A stretch of 64,000 bases of DNA. Source: Octopus vulgaris. Lineage: Eukaryota. The notes under the pieces are model-generated. The model was not told the origin of the DNA. It saw only the letters and a list, made by a program, of their open reading frames with translations, and searched no databases. A program made the translations under genes and the position numbers. The stretch is taken from NCBI GenBank assembly GCA_951406725.2, contig OX597814.1, positions 135,594,001-135,658,000 of the forward strand, read 5' to 3'. This document shows positions 11,296 through 25,080 of the stretch, piece after piece. How positions within the stretch are numbered: position 1 is the stretch's first letter; each line of letters starts with the position of its first letter.

Positions 11296-13844
11296 TAACT
11301 ATAATTGTGATAAACTTAACAGCTAAAAGTAACACGATGCCAATAAGTTGCCATTGTTTCTAATCGTTAAAAGCAGTTCAATTTTTTCTAAGTCTAGAAA
11401 CAGTTGAACAAGTAGCCTTGTGCAAAGTGAATTGGTTATAAAATACTTAACCCTCCTACTACTACCACCAAAAGTCCACAGGAAAGACTTCATAAGCCAA
11501 TAGGAGAATCCTTTCACAAGCCAACATGGAAGCATCTTTGTAGTTACTCAACCTGCAGTCTTCATAATCAAGACACAGGTAAAGGGAAGTCACCCTCAGC
11601 TACTAATGTATGGAATTACTCACCAAAATACTCCAAACCTCTAACCCCTGGGTATACTGTCTTCTTACTCTACTTTATCTAGAGCTATGACAATAATCTC
11701 TGCTTCTCAGCTCTGGTTGATCTTATACAACTTCCACTCAGGTACTCCCAATTCATTTACCTCTGCCTTTCTCATCCTCCATATTCTGTCCTCTTCACAA
11801 ATGTCACTAGCCAGTTTGCCTAGTTCTTTTTATTCCCAGAACATCAACCTTTTGAAATATCTTCCCAGCATTTGTTTTTCTTTTTTTTCTTTTTTTTTCT
11901 TTTTGGTTTTCTTTCTCCGCTGTTACCTACATGCAACTGTTCAAGAGGAATATAAACTAGAGATTTATCTCACTGGTCTCGGAAGGCCTGTAAAGATCAT
12001 GGATACTGCTCCTTCCTCCAGACAAACCAATTAATTAAAAAAAAATTTGAAAGAAAGAGAAATAATGAGGAAAATATTGACAGAAATGGTTGAGTGTTAA
12101 ACCAAATATCTTAGCAGTGAGATGTAAGTGTAATCCATAGCCCAGCTTGACATCACCATCTGCTACGACAGGTGCCTTTAGTGGAGTGTGTTCTGTTGCA
12201 AACTTTCAGGTCAGGTTTCTAGTTTGGTATTTCCTCCTTCCCACCCACCAGTCTCAAAGGACCTGCCTTCCCTCCTGACTAAAAGAGCTAAGAAAAAAAA
12301 ATTGAAATATTGTCGTTGCATTCCCTTTGTAGTCTGGATTCAAAATCTTACCAATCTTTTGCATGTAGCCTACCAAATGGTCAATAGAAAACATCAGAAA
12401 TATACTGAGGTTGATTCTGTTGACTATATCTCATGCCTAAGGAAAATACGTCAATATCCCCTACACACACACACAGAGTTTCTGGTGGTTGTTGTTTAAC
12501 CTCAGGTCTGCTATCATCAAGCAGGTCTATGATCAAAGGCATTCCATCCATGGCCACTTTAGAATTATGTAGGACTACATTCATCACTGTGTCTTCTTCT
12601 AAAGACAATAGTGTGTGCTTTAAGGGAAATTTGGTTGCTAGTTTTAGCAGGTTAGCAATTACATATCTTTTAGTTTGTTACCTCAGTTCATCCAACCTTA
12701 AATTGTTTCTCTTTGAAACAACAATTTCTTATTTATGAAACACTTTGGAAATTTGACCCAACATAACATTAATATAAACAACTTTTCCCAAAGACTAATA
12801 AGTATTCTTTAATTAGGTAAACTGAGACATATACAATCTGTTTTGTCTATGGAGGGGAAAAAATTCTTTGGTGAGATTAAAACAAAATCCACAAGTTAAC
12901 AGTATGCTGCCTCATCCTCTAAGCCATTTCTAATTGTTATCAAATGGATACTAGTATGGCAGTGCGTCTTATATGTTCACTTTGTGACCACGCGATTCCA
13001 TGTTAGAACTTGGTGGGTAACACATTCTCTAAATGTCTTTTACTATAGCCTCAAGTCGACTAGTACTTTCTTGGTGGAATTTAGTAGTCAGAAACTGTGA
13101 GGGAGTTGAGTCATATGTGAGTGTCTGTCTGTCAGTCTGTCTCTGAAATGCATCTGTTCAATCAGAGCTGGACATGAGACTAAACAACAACTGCAGGTAT
13201 GTGGGGACATGGAAGTACATGTGTGGGAGTGGGGTGGGGGGATACTTATTTTCTTTAGGTATGAGCTGTAGTCAATGGCATCAATCTAAGTATAATACAG
13301 ATGCTAGAAAACTAATGACATTCCTCTGTCAGTCTCACCATCAGAAGTTTTGTGAACTAGTGATTGGCCCATTGGAAACCTATGATGTGATTTTACACAA
13401 ACTGTTATGTAAATATAATAAAATTAGAATAAACTAATGTGTCATTCATCACATAGAATAATAAAACAAATGAATTATTACATAAGCACAAGACTGAAAG
13501 TTATTTAAGAGCAAGAAGGGACAATAACTTAATTGAATCTGTTACTTATCAGCCGACATGTGTGGCTACAAAAAATACATGTTGATCATCATCATGTTGA
13601 TGGCAGTAGGATTTGAACTTAGAACAAGACTAAATGCTACACAGCATTTGATATGATGCTATAGTTTCTGTGTTAAATTATGAAATGAATACTCAAGTAT
13701 ATTATGATTAGATGGGAAGGACCAACAAGACAAATGACTAATTGTCATCATTTGAGGAAAATGTATTCAGAGACAAAGAGGAACAAACCATGCAAAACTT
13801 ATTTAACTCTAAAAGAGAAATTTTGAAAGCAAATCTCAAAACTA

Positions 13845-13947
13845 TGAAATTTATGTAAGGAATTGTTCAACAGTGAAATTTATATAAGAAATAGCTTAGC
13901 AGTGAAATTTATGGAAGAAACAGTTTAACAATGAAATTTATGTAAGG
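13845..13947. repeat. Degenerate 29-bp tandem repeat, about 3.5 copies
   Basis: TGAAATTTAT(G/A) recurs every 29 bp. Confidence 0.8.
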
Positions 13948-14004
13948 TGTGGACTTAAGTAAGGAATAGCTTACCAACAAAGAAGATATCAGCAGGAAGC
14001 TTAC

Positions 14005-14086
14005 CCAACCATGATTTCTTTGGATGAAGATTTAAATGCTGCAGACATTCTATTGATACAGAGGGCAGTTCTTCGGTTGAATTCAT
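14005..14086 (-). CDS. Candidate alternative first coding exon, MNSTEELPSVSIECLQHLNLHPKKSWL + phase-1 G
   Basis: ATG at 14086 with in-frame TAA two codons upstream; 27 open codons + 1 nt, then TGG|GTAAGC donor; repeat-free island; CCAAT box about 220 bp upstream. Confidence 0.5.
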
Positions 14087-14306
14087 AAGTTATTGTTCCT
14101 TCTTTTTGCAGTGTTATTTTTGTTGTTTTATTTTGGTGTTGTTACTGCTGTTTTCTAGTAGATGTTGTCAAAGGAGGGGGGATAAATTTAAATTATTTAA
14201 AAAAAAAACAAAAAAACATATAGAGTTTTGAGAGCTATAGATGGTGTCGAGATTAACAGGAAGATTGAATGATAGTTATCATTTTAGAAAGCATTTTCCT
14301 GGCAGG

Positions 14307-14316
14307 AGCCAATCAC
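14307..14316. promoter_or_regulatory. CCAAT (NF-Y-type) box AGCCAATCAC
   Basis: Close match to the RRCCAATCA consensus, upstream of candidate exon 14005-14086. Confidence 0.4.
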
Positions 14317-15118
14317 ATTTTCAGAACACAGTTAAATACTGATAACCTACTACATATTAACAGAAGTGAACAAATCATTGAAATAAAGCTAACACAGCTG
14401 TAAAAAGCATCCTTTTTCTGTTAGTACTTCAACTCCATCAAACTGGAAATGATATTTTCCTATATTTTTCTCCATTTAAAGAAAGAAAGCAGAAATGATT
14501 AAACTATCCATAGCAACATATTTATACTTAAAGGAACAGACATCAAGTCTGATGTATAAACATATACTGTCAGGTGCTTTGCTTAAATTAACAAAATATC
14601 TTAAGGTTCAATGATCATTGTTGATTATAAAGCTGATAGGAACAGTTTATTAAGAGGAAAGGTTATAGCTTTCAAACATTAATTTCTTGTGTTTTACATA
14701 TATTGATTTCTTATTTTGCCATAAAGGCATAAATATTTAAAAGAGAATCAATCAACAGTCAATCAAATTGATTCTTCAGTATATATTACTGGTATAGTAA
14801 GACAACAGGGTAAGGCTGTAAGTAGGAGAGGTTAGGAAGTGAAAGGAAAAGGGTGAGATACAGTAACTGAATAAATTAAGAGAAGTTAAAAGAAGTTAAA
14901 AGCAAGAAAAGGTGATTTTTTTTTTTGTTAAATAGAAAAAAATAGAAAATCTCAAAAAAAATTACATAAAAGAAAATTTAAGAACCCACCAAAACTTTCT
15001 CTAGGACAATTCACAAACTCTCAAAATATCTTAAAAGATCTAAAATTTTTCAAAAGTTTTGAAGTTATGAAATTTTAAAGTGTCAAAAGTTTTAAAGTTT
15101 CAGAGGCTTCAAAAAGGT

Positions 15119-15135
15119 CGCGCGCGCGCCAGCGC

Positions 15136-15166
<31 letters not shown>

Positions 15167-15295
15167 TGCGTGCGTGCGTGCATGAGTGAGTGAGTGAGTG
15201 AGTGAGAGAGAGAGAGAGAAGTGTGTAGGTAGATTGATAGATGGATAGCTAGGTAGAAAGAAAGAAAGAAAGAAAGACAGACAGACAGACAGAAA
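15119..15295. repeat. Compound microsatellite (CG)/(TG)/(TGCG)/(TGAG)/(GA)/(GAAA)/(GACA)
   Basis: Direct reading. Confidence 0.9.
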
Positions 15296-15734
15296 GAACC
15301 TACATTTGGCATGTGGATAACCTTATTGCTGGTTGTTGGGTTTAATCACAAATGCTTACAGATCAAAGATCCTTCATCAAATGTTCATTTTGCATTTTTG
15401 TTCAAATAGTGGTCATTTCTGTTGTCAGTTAAAGGCTCTGGAAGAAGTAGATGTACTTCTAGCTATCAAGCTCATTCTGGCAGTTAAGATGCTGGGCACT
15501 TTCTTCCTAATGAAGTATATTTCCATAATCTCGAGGTTGACTGCATCTGTCCCCTTACCAGTATATGGGTGGAGAAATCCCCACCACATTGTCTGTGGTA
15601 TTGGAACATGCTGAGATTTTTTTGAGATTTTGTGAATTATTCTAGGGAAATTACTTTAGGGTTTTTTGAAGTTTAAAAATATTTTCTTTAAGTGAATTTT
15701 TGAAATTCTTTAAAATTTTATATATATATATATA

Positions 15735-16145
15735 TACTCTTTACTCTTTTTACTTGTTTCAGTCATTTGACTGCGGCCATGCTGGAGCACTGCCTTTAGT
15801 CGAGCAAATCGACCCCAGGACTTATTCTTTGTAAGCCCAGTACTTATTCTATCGGTCTCTTTTGCCGAACCGCTAAGTGACGGGGACGTAAACACACCAG
15901 CATCGGTTGTCAAGCAATGCTAGGGGAACAAACACAGACACACAAACATATTCACACACACTTATATATATATACATATATACGACAGGCTTCTTTCAGT
16001 TTCCGTCTACCAAATCCACTCACAAGGCATTGGTCGGCCCGGGGCTATAGCAGAAGACACTTGCCCAAGATGCCACGCAGTGGGACTGAACCCGGAACCA
16101 TGTGGTTGGTTAGCAAGCTACTTACCGAACAGCCACTCCTGCGCC
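15735..16145 (-). mobile_element. Full-length young tRNA-derived SINE family A inserted in (TA)n
   Basis: GGCGCAGGAGTGGCTG head, box B GGTTCAGTCCC, CTTGGGCAAGTG core, internal microsatellite, (AAGAGTA)n tail; CpGs intact; flanked by TA runs. Confidence 0.9.
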
Positions 16146-16183
<38 letters not shown>

Positions 16184-17058
16184 AAAAAGTCCCCTTTTGA
16201 CTTGTTTTTAACTTTTAACCTGAAATTCCCAGTTGTATCTTGCAATTTCCATAATAGTGAAATCCCTTAACCTGAGGTAGCTGTAATGTCAAATATGCCT
16301 GTATATATATGAAATCTATATTCTAAAAAGGTATTTGTTTCAGACTTTTAATTGGCTATCATCATAACAGCTCTTGCATACAAGGGCAATAAAAAGATCA
16401 TAGGCTTTGTACAATAGAGGACTCAAAATACTTCTAGCAAATAAAAGATAACATAATTGGAGAGATAAACTTTTCAAATAATTTTACCTTTATTGTAATA
16501 ACATCAGGTAAATTGATAGATTGCAATTAACTAACTAAACAGGAATAATTTATCCATAAAATGAAAGCATATCCTATATTAGCATCTCAATTACTGGAAT
16601 GTAAATAATTGGATAAGATTTTGCTTTTTAGATCTAAGTATAAACAATCACACGTTTTGTTTAATTTTCTACATGAACTCTGTAAAATCACAAAACCTGG
16701 GATTCATAACAAATGACACAAATGGCAATTTACACCGACTTTTAAACACAAATACAGATTTATTTATATGGCATGGCTATATGGTAGGAAGGTTGCTTCC
16801 CAATTACATCGTTCTGGGTTCAGTCCTACTGTGTGGCAACTTGGGCAAGCGTCTTCATTTTGCATCTAAAAGTTTTTCAACCCAATATGTACATGCTATT
16901 ATTTGCCTCAGGATTCACTGTTCCAGTAAATATATATATTCTTTTACATGTTTCAGCCTTTAGGGTGTCGCCATGCTGGAGCACTGTCTGGAAACCTTGT
17001 GGCATACTTAGATTGTTGAAAAAAATCGATAATAGGGCCCATCCAATGGATCCTCCTA

Positions 17059-18039
17059 TCTACTACATATTACTAATATTTTATTTAAACAACCCAAAGG
17101 AAATAACCCATACCACCTGCAGTTTTTAGCAAATTGATCAATATTTGATTCTCATGATCAGCTGATCTAATTCTGCATTTCACTACTCAGTTTTGAACTG
17201 CTAAACATTATCATTACACTTCATTGATTTGAATCTTAAACCTTAAAGACTTCATTCATACATTTCTATACATATGTACTTTTTTGAATGCCCATTACTC
17301 CGATAATTCTGCATTTTTACAGTTACACTTTTTCCATGACAGTCGATAACTGTTTTATTCCACAACGTATTTGTAGTGGCTTCATGCAGGCATATCATGG
17401 ATTTGATCCTCAATTGCCAAATTTCACTTAACATTTCAACAGCACTTTTCTCACGATAAAACAATAGTTTTTTCTGTGAATGACAGCAGTTATACATTTC
17501 CCAGATGCCTTCACTAAGCAGAATAATATCTTTACCACTTGACCCTTCTAACCTCCTGTAGGCCACCAGGGGCTGGAATGGAGATAACAGACCTCCAATG
17601 AAACCATTTGTTCTCAACAAATGTCTATCCTTCTGGCTGCTTTTTGATAGTTACAAAAACAAGAACTCTGTAAGCTAAAGGCAGTTACTGAGAGCAACCA
17701 TCAGTGAGTGTGAACATTTTTATTGCACTTTCTTCATTTTATTCTTAAACATTAAACACTTCATTCATATATTTATATACATATATATTACATTTATATA
17801 TTACCTTTAATAAATTAGCCTTCATAAAGTTCACCTTTATTATGCCATGACGTGTCAGAGTATTTTCTTGCCAACCTCCAACAATCTCTCCCTCCTCCAG
17901 CTGACAGTTTTTTGTACTTTTTCACAATGGAAAAAAAACTTTTGTGGCAGTCATAATGAAATTGCTTTCTTATATCAGAGTAATAAGACGTTCCTATAGA
18001 ATATCTTTACCACCGAGAATTACCGGGAACACTAGCTAG
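17059..18039 (+). mobile_element. Possible non-autonomous Helitron
   Basis: A|TCTACTACAT start and ACCGAGAATTACCGGGAACACTAGCTAG|T end, resembling the 3' end of the Helitron at 56350-57507; pairing of the two ends is inferred. Confidence 0.35.
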
Positions 18040-18827
18040 TATATATATATATATATATATAAAACAGAATATGGAGTTTAGCTCACTGGTGATCTAAATG
18101 AATAGGTATGCTGGGTAAGTGCTGTAGTGGATTATCAGGGTTCCAAGCTCATAACTGAGATGAGTGCTGTAGATCCATTTTAGGTTTCTGGCTTACACAC
18201 ACACACACACACATATTGGTGTGATTTCTTTTAGTGTAAGGCAGGAAAGAAAGAAATATATGAAAATACTTCAATTTGAACATTATTTTATGAGAAATTC
18301 ATATTTCTTTAAGTCTAAGACAACAAACCTGACTGGAGGAGTTTCTGCCTGGCATTCAATTTACTAGAAACATCAATTATATCTTTATATCGTACCCTAG
18401 GAGAGACACATAGCATAGTTTAATTCTAGATATATTATACCAGGTAAAAAGGAAAAAAAAAAAAGAAAAAAAATGATATGATCACAGCTGGAATGTCTTT
18501 CCTCAGAAGTCTGCTTGACTAAATATATTATATGATTATTATGAAACTGATGCACTGCCTGTTGTACTAAGCTGTAAATAGTAACCTAGAGAAGCACACA
18601 TGAAATGTGACAAAGGTTTTAATTGCTTAATAGAGGTTTATCAAAAGGTTAGAAATTAGAATTAAGAGGCAACAACACGATTCTATCCTGTGTTGAAGAA
18701 CAAATATGAAGATGACAAATTTTCAGTGCAATCTTAATAATTGAATGAACCATGAGATTAATTCTATTCTTGATTGGTGGAATAAGGGTTGATAAATATA
18801 TTTTGTTTTCATAGCCAATATAAAATA

Positions 18828-19682
18828 TTGGGTCATCCCACAAACAATGTGGGTTTTTTTTATACTTCTTTTATTTTTCAAAATTAAGATAAACAAATTT
18901 CTTAAAATATACTCTCCATTTTCTACCATGCTCTTCCATCTCTCTGATAGACTTGCAAGGCTCCTCATCCAAAATACTCACAGAATTCATACTGATTTTG
19001 AAGACTACAGAATAAATGATAATCAGATGGGACAACGTCCAGGAAATATGGTGGGCAGGATAGCGTTTCCCATTCAAGCTGCTCCAGCCTTTGGAAGATC
19101 ATACTTGATGTATGTGGCCAAGCATTATCCTGATAGAAGAACACCTTTCATCTTGAAACCAAAGATGGTCGTTTTTCTTCTAGCACTGACTTGAATGACT
19201 GGTTGAATGACAAAATCCAAGCTTCTCTGCTAATTCCTCAACAGTTACAATTGGATTTTGTTCCACCAGTGTTTGCAGGACATCCTCGTTGAGCTCTACA
19301 GATCTTCCAGGATGAGGCTCATCTTCTAGGCTGTAGTTTCCAGCTTGGAATTTCTGGAATCACCATTGACATTGGCTTACACTTACTGTGCGATCCCCAT
19401 ATACTGCATTAATATTCCTTGCACTTTTTGTTGCGTTGTTGCTTTACTGAGCTCATAAAGCAAAATATGCCAAATATGCTCCTTTATCACTTCTATTATA
19501 GCTTTCAAAAAATAATTGTTATAATGGAACTTCATTCTTCAAAACTTGCACTAAGAATAAGGACAGGGTAAAATTACTACCTGCTTTTATAGCAAGTTGA
19601 TGCTGGTAGTTAATTTTGTCCCCCGCCAACTTTTAGTTCATGGAATTGAAAAAAAAACTGCATTATTTATGAGATGACCCAA
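18828..19682 (-). mobile_element. Internally deleted mariner element with both TIRs and TA TSD
   Basis: TIRs TTGGGTCATCCCA / TGAGATGACCCAA flanked by TA; minus strand encodes HTH region (KEHIWHILLYE...FQKFQAGNYSLEDEPHPGRS) joined to FYQDNAWPH...PPYFLDVVPSDYHLF. Confidence 0.9.
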
Positions 19683-21769
19683 TATATGGTTAGGGAATAT
19701 TCTGCAATTTATGGTGAAAAGATTAAGGAGCAAGAACATGATGAACATCTTGTAACCACCTCATTTCAGTTCCTAATTAGAATTGCTTTCTTTCATTTAT
19801 TTCAATAATGGAAAGCCATGAACATCACAACTTCCCATTACTTTCCAATAAAAAAGTCAAGTTTTTTCAAATGATTTAAAAGTTAGGGTAGATGGGATGA
19901 ATTAAGACACTAAGATGCCAAACTTTAATGGTTTTCAGCAATTTAGTTTTCCACTATTCTGGAATAACGCCAACTGAAGTTATTAGTCTTGATTCCTCAA
20001 GAGTTGATAAGTCTTCAAAATATGTTGAACTTAGTCTTTTCTCAAACTTAGAAGTCTGAAGTTTCATGTCTTCACAAAGAAATAACAAGGACAGAGTGAG
20101 TAGCAATAGTAGAACAGGCTTGAAAATAAAAGGCTACATTTTATGGTGTAATAATGTTTAATTTTTACTTTATGGTATGAATCACACACACGGCAGTTAG
20201 AAATAAGATTATGGGTGCAGAGATACAGAAAACATGTTTTGGCAAATTCAGATATTATTAATAACAGAAAAGGAATGTTATTTCAATGAATCTGACTTCC
20301 AGTTATCTAAATGAAATAATCTTATTAACTGTGGAGAGTTTGATGAAGTTTTGATTCAAAGCAGAGACTAACTGGACCAAGAACTTTAAAACATTTGATT
20401 TGGAGATGTGTCTCAGCTCTTTCTACCACTATTACACATCCATCTGGATCAGGTGACTTGCCTGCACCAATAAATCACATTGGTTGTCACTAGCTGAAAT
20501 ATCTCATCTGTGCACACCATGACTACACATGACACCTATAGTTTGCTAACTGAACTGGTTGATCCTAGCCATCGACAATCTGTTGTCAGTTCATCTGCTC
20601 AGCATTTTGGTGTTATTTGCTATTGATTGAATAAAATTTCTTTGCTAAAATAGTTCACATCCAATATGTTGCATTCCATGGCTTGAGTGGTTACTTGATT
20701 GCTGGAACCCTGAAAAGTGCTGTTACTCCAGAACTGAGTCAACCCAGGTACAAAGTGGCTAAGAGGTAGTCCCATATTCCTCAACACACAGGAACTCCCA
20801 AACCAGGGCCCCACTGCCAGATGTCATTTAAAGTCATACCCATGTATAAGAAAGGAAAATCCATCTAGAGCCAACACAAAGAAGAAAGGACAGTGGCACA
20901 GGTGGAAAAAAATTGAAAGGAGACAAATGTAGGGTAGAGAAAACTCTTTTAGTCTTGTTCGCAACAAGACAACCACTCTAGTGTTGGTGTTGCAATAAAA
21001 TGTACTTGCTGTGAATTGGTTGGCAATTAGAAAGGGCATCCAGTCATAGAAACTTTACAAAAAAAAATAAAAAGGGAAGTATAAAAGGGACATGGTCCCT
21101 AACCAGTCTAGGATGGCAGTGACACTGAATAAGAACCATCTCCGACTCAGACCATAGTGACCTGTCCAATCTATGCCAGTATGAAAATAAGCTGATGATA
21201 TACAAGTCAATTGCTGTCATAATTTGATAAAAGGGGGAGAGGGAGGGAGGGAGAGGGATAGAAATAAATAAAGAATAAATAAAGATAGAAAGAAAGAAAG
21301 GAAGAAAGAAAGGCATAATTATCACATTAAAAGTAAATATGTGCTATACTGAATATTTAAGTTAGTTTGGGGGTGTCTCTGGCAATCGAGTGTGACATTA
21401 GATAGAAAGTAGAATAGCAAACACTTAAGATAAAAGGCTGATATCTGAACAGTTTATCCACCTCATCAAAAGTTTCATTGTACTGGTATTGAAAAACTAT
21501 AATTACCAAAGTCTACAATCACAGATAACGAAAATTAATAATGTTGATAAGTGAAATTAATAATGTTGATAACAGGTATTTTGCATACAAAATATCAGGT
21601 CTAAACATATAAATTCTACAAGTAATTTCTGCAAAACATATCTTGTTTGTTGTTTATCGTTTTTTTTTTAGCCATTTCACATTTCTTTCAATAAACTGAG
21701 TCCCATAACATGTTGAGCTGTAGGGAGTGCTAATTGGAGACTTACAGCTTCACATGATGTTATCTAGAG

Positions 21770-22190
21770 GAGTGGTCCCCAACTTTGTCACCATGGACTG
21801 GTTTCATGCAAGAAAATTTTTCCACAGACCAGGGTACCAAGCACATAAGAAAATATAATAAAGACCATAATCATCATAAACATTTAATGTCCATTTCCCA
21901 GTCTAGCATGGGTTGCATGGCTTGACATGAACTGGCAATGCTAGGGGCTACATCAGGTTCCATGGTCTTTTTTGGCTTGGTTTCTATAGCTGGATGCCCT
22001 TCCTAAGAGCAACTGTATATAATTCAATTATTACATATGTAATACATATACAACGAAAAAAACACTCCCACAGACTGTGACAGTCAATGAAATAGAAATA
22101 ATATTTTAAAATTTATTCTTTCTGTGTGGTCTGGTACCAAATGTTCCATGGCCCAGTATTGGTCTGTGGCACAGTGGTTGGGGATATGTG
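21770..22190. mobile_element. hAT (Charlie/MER1-like) MITE interrupted by an RTE-tail fragment
   Basis: AGTGGTCCCCAAC ... GTTGGGGATATGTG termini; TSD poorly preserved. Confidence 0.5.
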
Positions 22191-22264
22191 CATAAAAGCA
22201 CATATTTATCACAGTATTTGGCATTCTGACAAAATAATCATGTTAGGATTGCCTTTTCGTATAT

Positions 22265-22308
<44 letters not shown>

Positions 22309-22319
22309 GTATATATTTA

Positions 22320-22800
22320 TAAAAATATGGTAAAGTAAAAAAATTCACTTTACCACACACCGAACTTTTCAGAAATAGCAGCCAAAAATTTGGCTATTTC
22401 TTCAACTGCAAATAAAGTCTCCAGACAATGCATACTCAGAAAATAACTCACATAGGTATAAGGGAAAAACAATGAAAGATCACATCCATATACGATACCC
22501 GAGGACAGTATGTTTCTGGATTTGTGGGTAAAACGCCACTTTTCCTTCATCAGCTCAGAGATTTCTTCCGATTTAGATTTGAAAATACTAAGAATCAAAC
22601 ATACCCGTCCGATATCTGTAACATCGGACAAACCATGCCAGACACCCAGTACTAGCGAATCCAAAAATACGAATGAGATCTATTATTCTCCCTGTCCACC
22701 CACGTGAGTCATAGAGCATTACATTTCTACAGAGGTAAAAAACTGCAGTTCAAATTCTTGGAGAGAAAGGGTTATATTGTCATCAAAAAGGGGGTAGAAT
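22320..22800 (-). mobile_element. Non-coding PLE-derived/retrozyme-like element inserted in (TA)n
   Basis: Relatively CpG-rich block between TA runs, carrying a minimal hammerhead motif and several small hairpins. Confidence 0.5.
22498..22559 (-). ncRNA. Minimal type I hammerhead ribozyme motif
   Basis: UCUGAG-CUGAUGA-A-GGA(aaa GUGG c GU uuu AC CCAC aaa)UCC-A-GAAAC-auacu-GUC-CUCGGG: both core boxes, stems I/II/III and a GUC cleavage triplet. Confidence 0.65.
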
Positions 22801-22996
22801 TAAATATATATATATATGATGAGGATATATTGATAGAAATGGTAAGACAATAAAAGAATGAAAGACACTTCGATATTAAGTAAATAGAGGAATTTATCTG
22901 TAAATGTGACAATTATTCAGTACCAAATAATTGTCACATATTACATTTACAGATATATACACAAATATACATACATATACAAGCATATATATACAT

Positions 22997-23032
<36 letters not shown>

Positions 23033-23033
<1 letters not shown>

Positions 23034-23127
23034 TATTAAAAGTGGGGAAGGCCGGTTTATGGGATTACTCTTAGTTTCCTGTCAACCCAGGATAATCCCA
23101 TAAACCAGCCTTCCCCACTTTTGATAT
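23033..23127. repeat. Inverted repeat, 35-bp arms, 25-nt loop
   Basis: 23033-23067 vs 23093-23127, 2 mismatches. Confidence 0.9.
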
Positions 23128-25080
23128 ATATTGCTCTACATCTTAGAGTGTGCTTCTTCTCCGAATTTATGTTTTCCCTAAGTCAGAAAAATAGGCAGTT
23201 GTATACTTGTCAAGAGAGCTGGTACATTAATCAAAGTATACAGTATTATAGAGCCATTACAGCTAATTGATAAGATCAGCTGGAATGGGTCTATAATATA
23301 CTGTTTATTTTAATACACACACATACACACACAGAGTGGTGAATATGTAGTACATCTATAAAGAAGTGAATACATAGTACATGTTTATAGCTAGCTTGAC
23401 TGAATGATTTGAAAGTTAACCATGGACTCAACTCTGAGACAAGTTAAGGACAAAGATATATGTTTATAGCTACAATTCTTATTTCAGTAGAAAAAAGTCT
23501 GTTTTTTATTATTTTCTTTTGCTTGTTCCAATCATTGGACTGCAGTCATACTGGGGCACTGTCTTCAAAGTTACAAATTCTTTTTATCAACACCTGTAGT
23601 TTGGTCCTTATTTTATGGTAAAACAGTAAAAATAACAGTTGACCTGAGTATAAAGAAGCATAACTTAAATGGAACTAAATACCACAAAGAATCTTTTCAT
23701 TTGGTGATCCAACATGCATACATACATACACACACATAAAAGATAAATAAATCTGAGCTGGTTCCTCATCACCTTCATAAATACTGTCTAAAGGAATATA
23801 TATATAAACACAATTTACCTTAAAGTAAACCAGCTATACAGTCTGAAATTCCAGGGTTAATAAATTAGTCAGGGTATAATACATTAAATTGAATATAGGA
23901 ATTTATGGCATAAATTATTTGATCATTTTAACACTACATGGAATATATACATTTCATGAATATAAATATTGATTTCAAATTTTGGCATAGGGCTAGCAAG
24001 TTTGGGGAGTAGAGTAAGTTGATTCCATCAACCCCAGTGTTCAACTGGTACTTTATTGGCTCCAAAAGGACGAAAGGCAAAGATGACCTCGGCAGAAACT
24101 GTACTCAGAATCTAATGATGGATGAAATACCACTAAAGCATTCTATTCAACACACTAACATCTGCCAACTCACCACCATGAATATAGATATAATAAAGGA
24201 TAAAGATTCCTTTTGGTCATAAATGAACATGGGATTACACCAAGAAAGTTACCCTCTGAAGCACAAGTCCAGACAAGGTTGTTTATGGAAGACCAGCCTG
24301 GATCAGGAATTGAACTCACTACCTCATGATCATAAGCCAGATGCCGTAACCACTGAGCCATGTGCCTTCACTGACTATAAATATTAATGATGAAATATAA
24401 ATGAATTTATAAAATATATAGAATTACAATATATTGATATAAACCAGAAGCATTTCTTCAAATAAAGTTTCAAAAATAATATACTCTTGAAACTGTGTTT
24501 GAGGAATATTTATGTTCATGAAATGTATTTTCCATGTAGTGTTGAATTGAACATAATTAAAGAATTTAATGACACATAAATTCAAGTTTTTGACAATATA
24601 CACACACATATTCAAAAGGCTTTTGCACAGTTTTTGTTTAACACTTGTCCAAAGTGAACTCATAACCACATGTTGCAAAGCAAATTCCTTAACCACATAA
24701 ATATTGAAAACTAGTCTTGGCTGTGTGGTAAGAGGTTAGCTTCTCAACTACAAGGTTTTGGGTTCAGTCCAACTGCATGGCATCTTGGGCAAATGACTAC
24801 TACAGCCCTGAGCCAGCCAAAGTCTTGAGAGTGGATTTGGTAAACGGAAACTGAAAGAAACCCATTATCAAATATAATAAATGTGAAAACTAATTTCTGT
24901 GTGTCAGTGTGTTACACTTAGACCCTCTCTTTCACTATTCAATGACACTCCTACTATTCCTCATGACAGAGTGAGAGTAATAGTAGGCATAGAGACAGTG
25001 AGGGCGGTGGCGAAGACAGACAGACAGAGAGAGAGAGAAAGAAAAAGAGAGGGAGAGAAAGAGAGACAAAGAAATTTAGG

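Noticed and set aside
15330-15614. Possible Harbinger-type transposase relic between weak inverted AT-rich flanks
   Set aside because: Resemblance too faint and interrupted by stops to support without a search
17252-17620. 122-aa minus-strand ORF as a host exon
   Set aside because: TTG start, no pyrimidine-rich acceptor, no recognisable motif; probably inside a Helitron-like insert
19955-20067. Protein-like short frame MKLQTSKFEKRLSS... on the minus strand
   Set aside because: No credible donor before the stop codon
22359-22412. Second hammerhead in the 22.3-22.8 kb element (TTGAAGA...GAAA)
   Set aside because: C3 is absent, there are three extra bases before GAAA, and stems I and III do not form
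24290-24369. tRNA gene
   Set aside because: tRNA-like head of SINE family B, continuous with the SINE body and repeated many times
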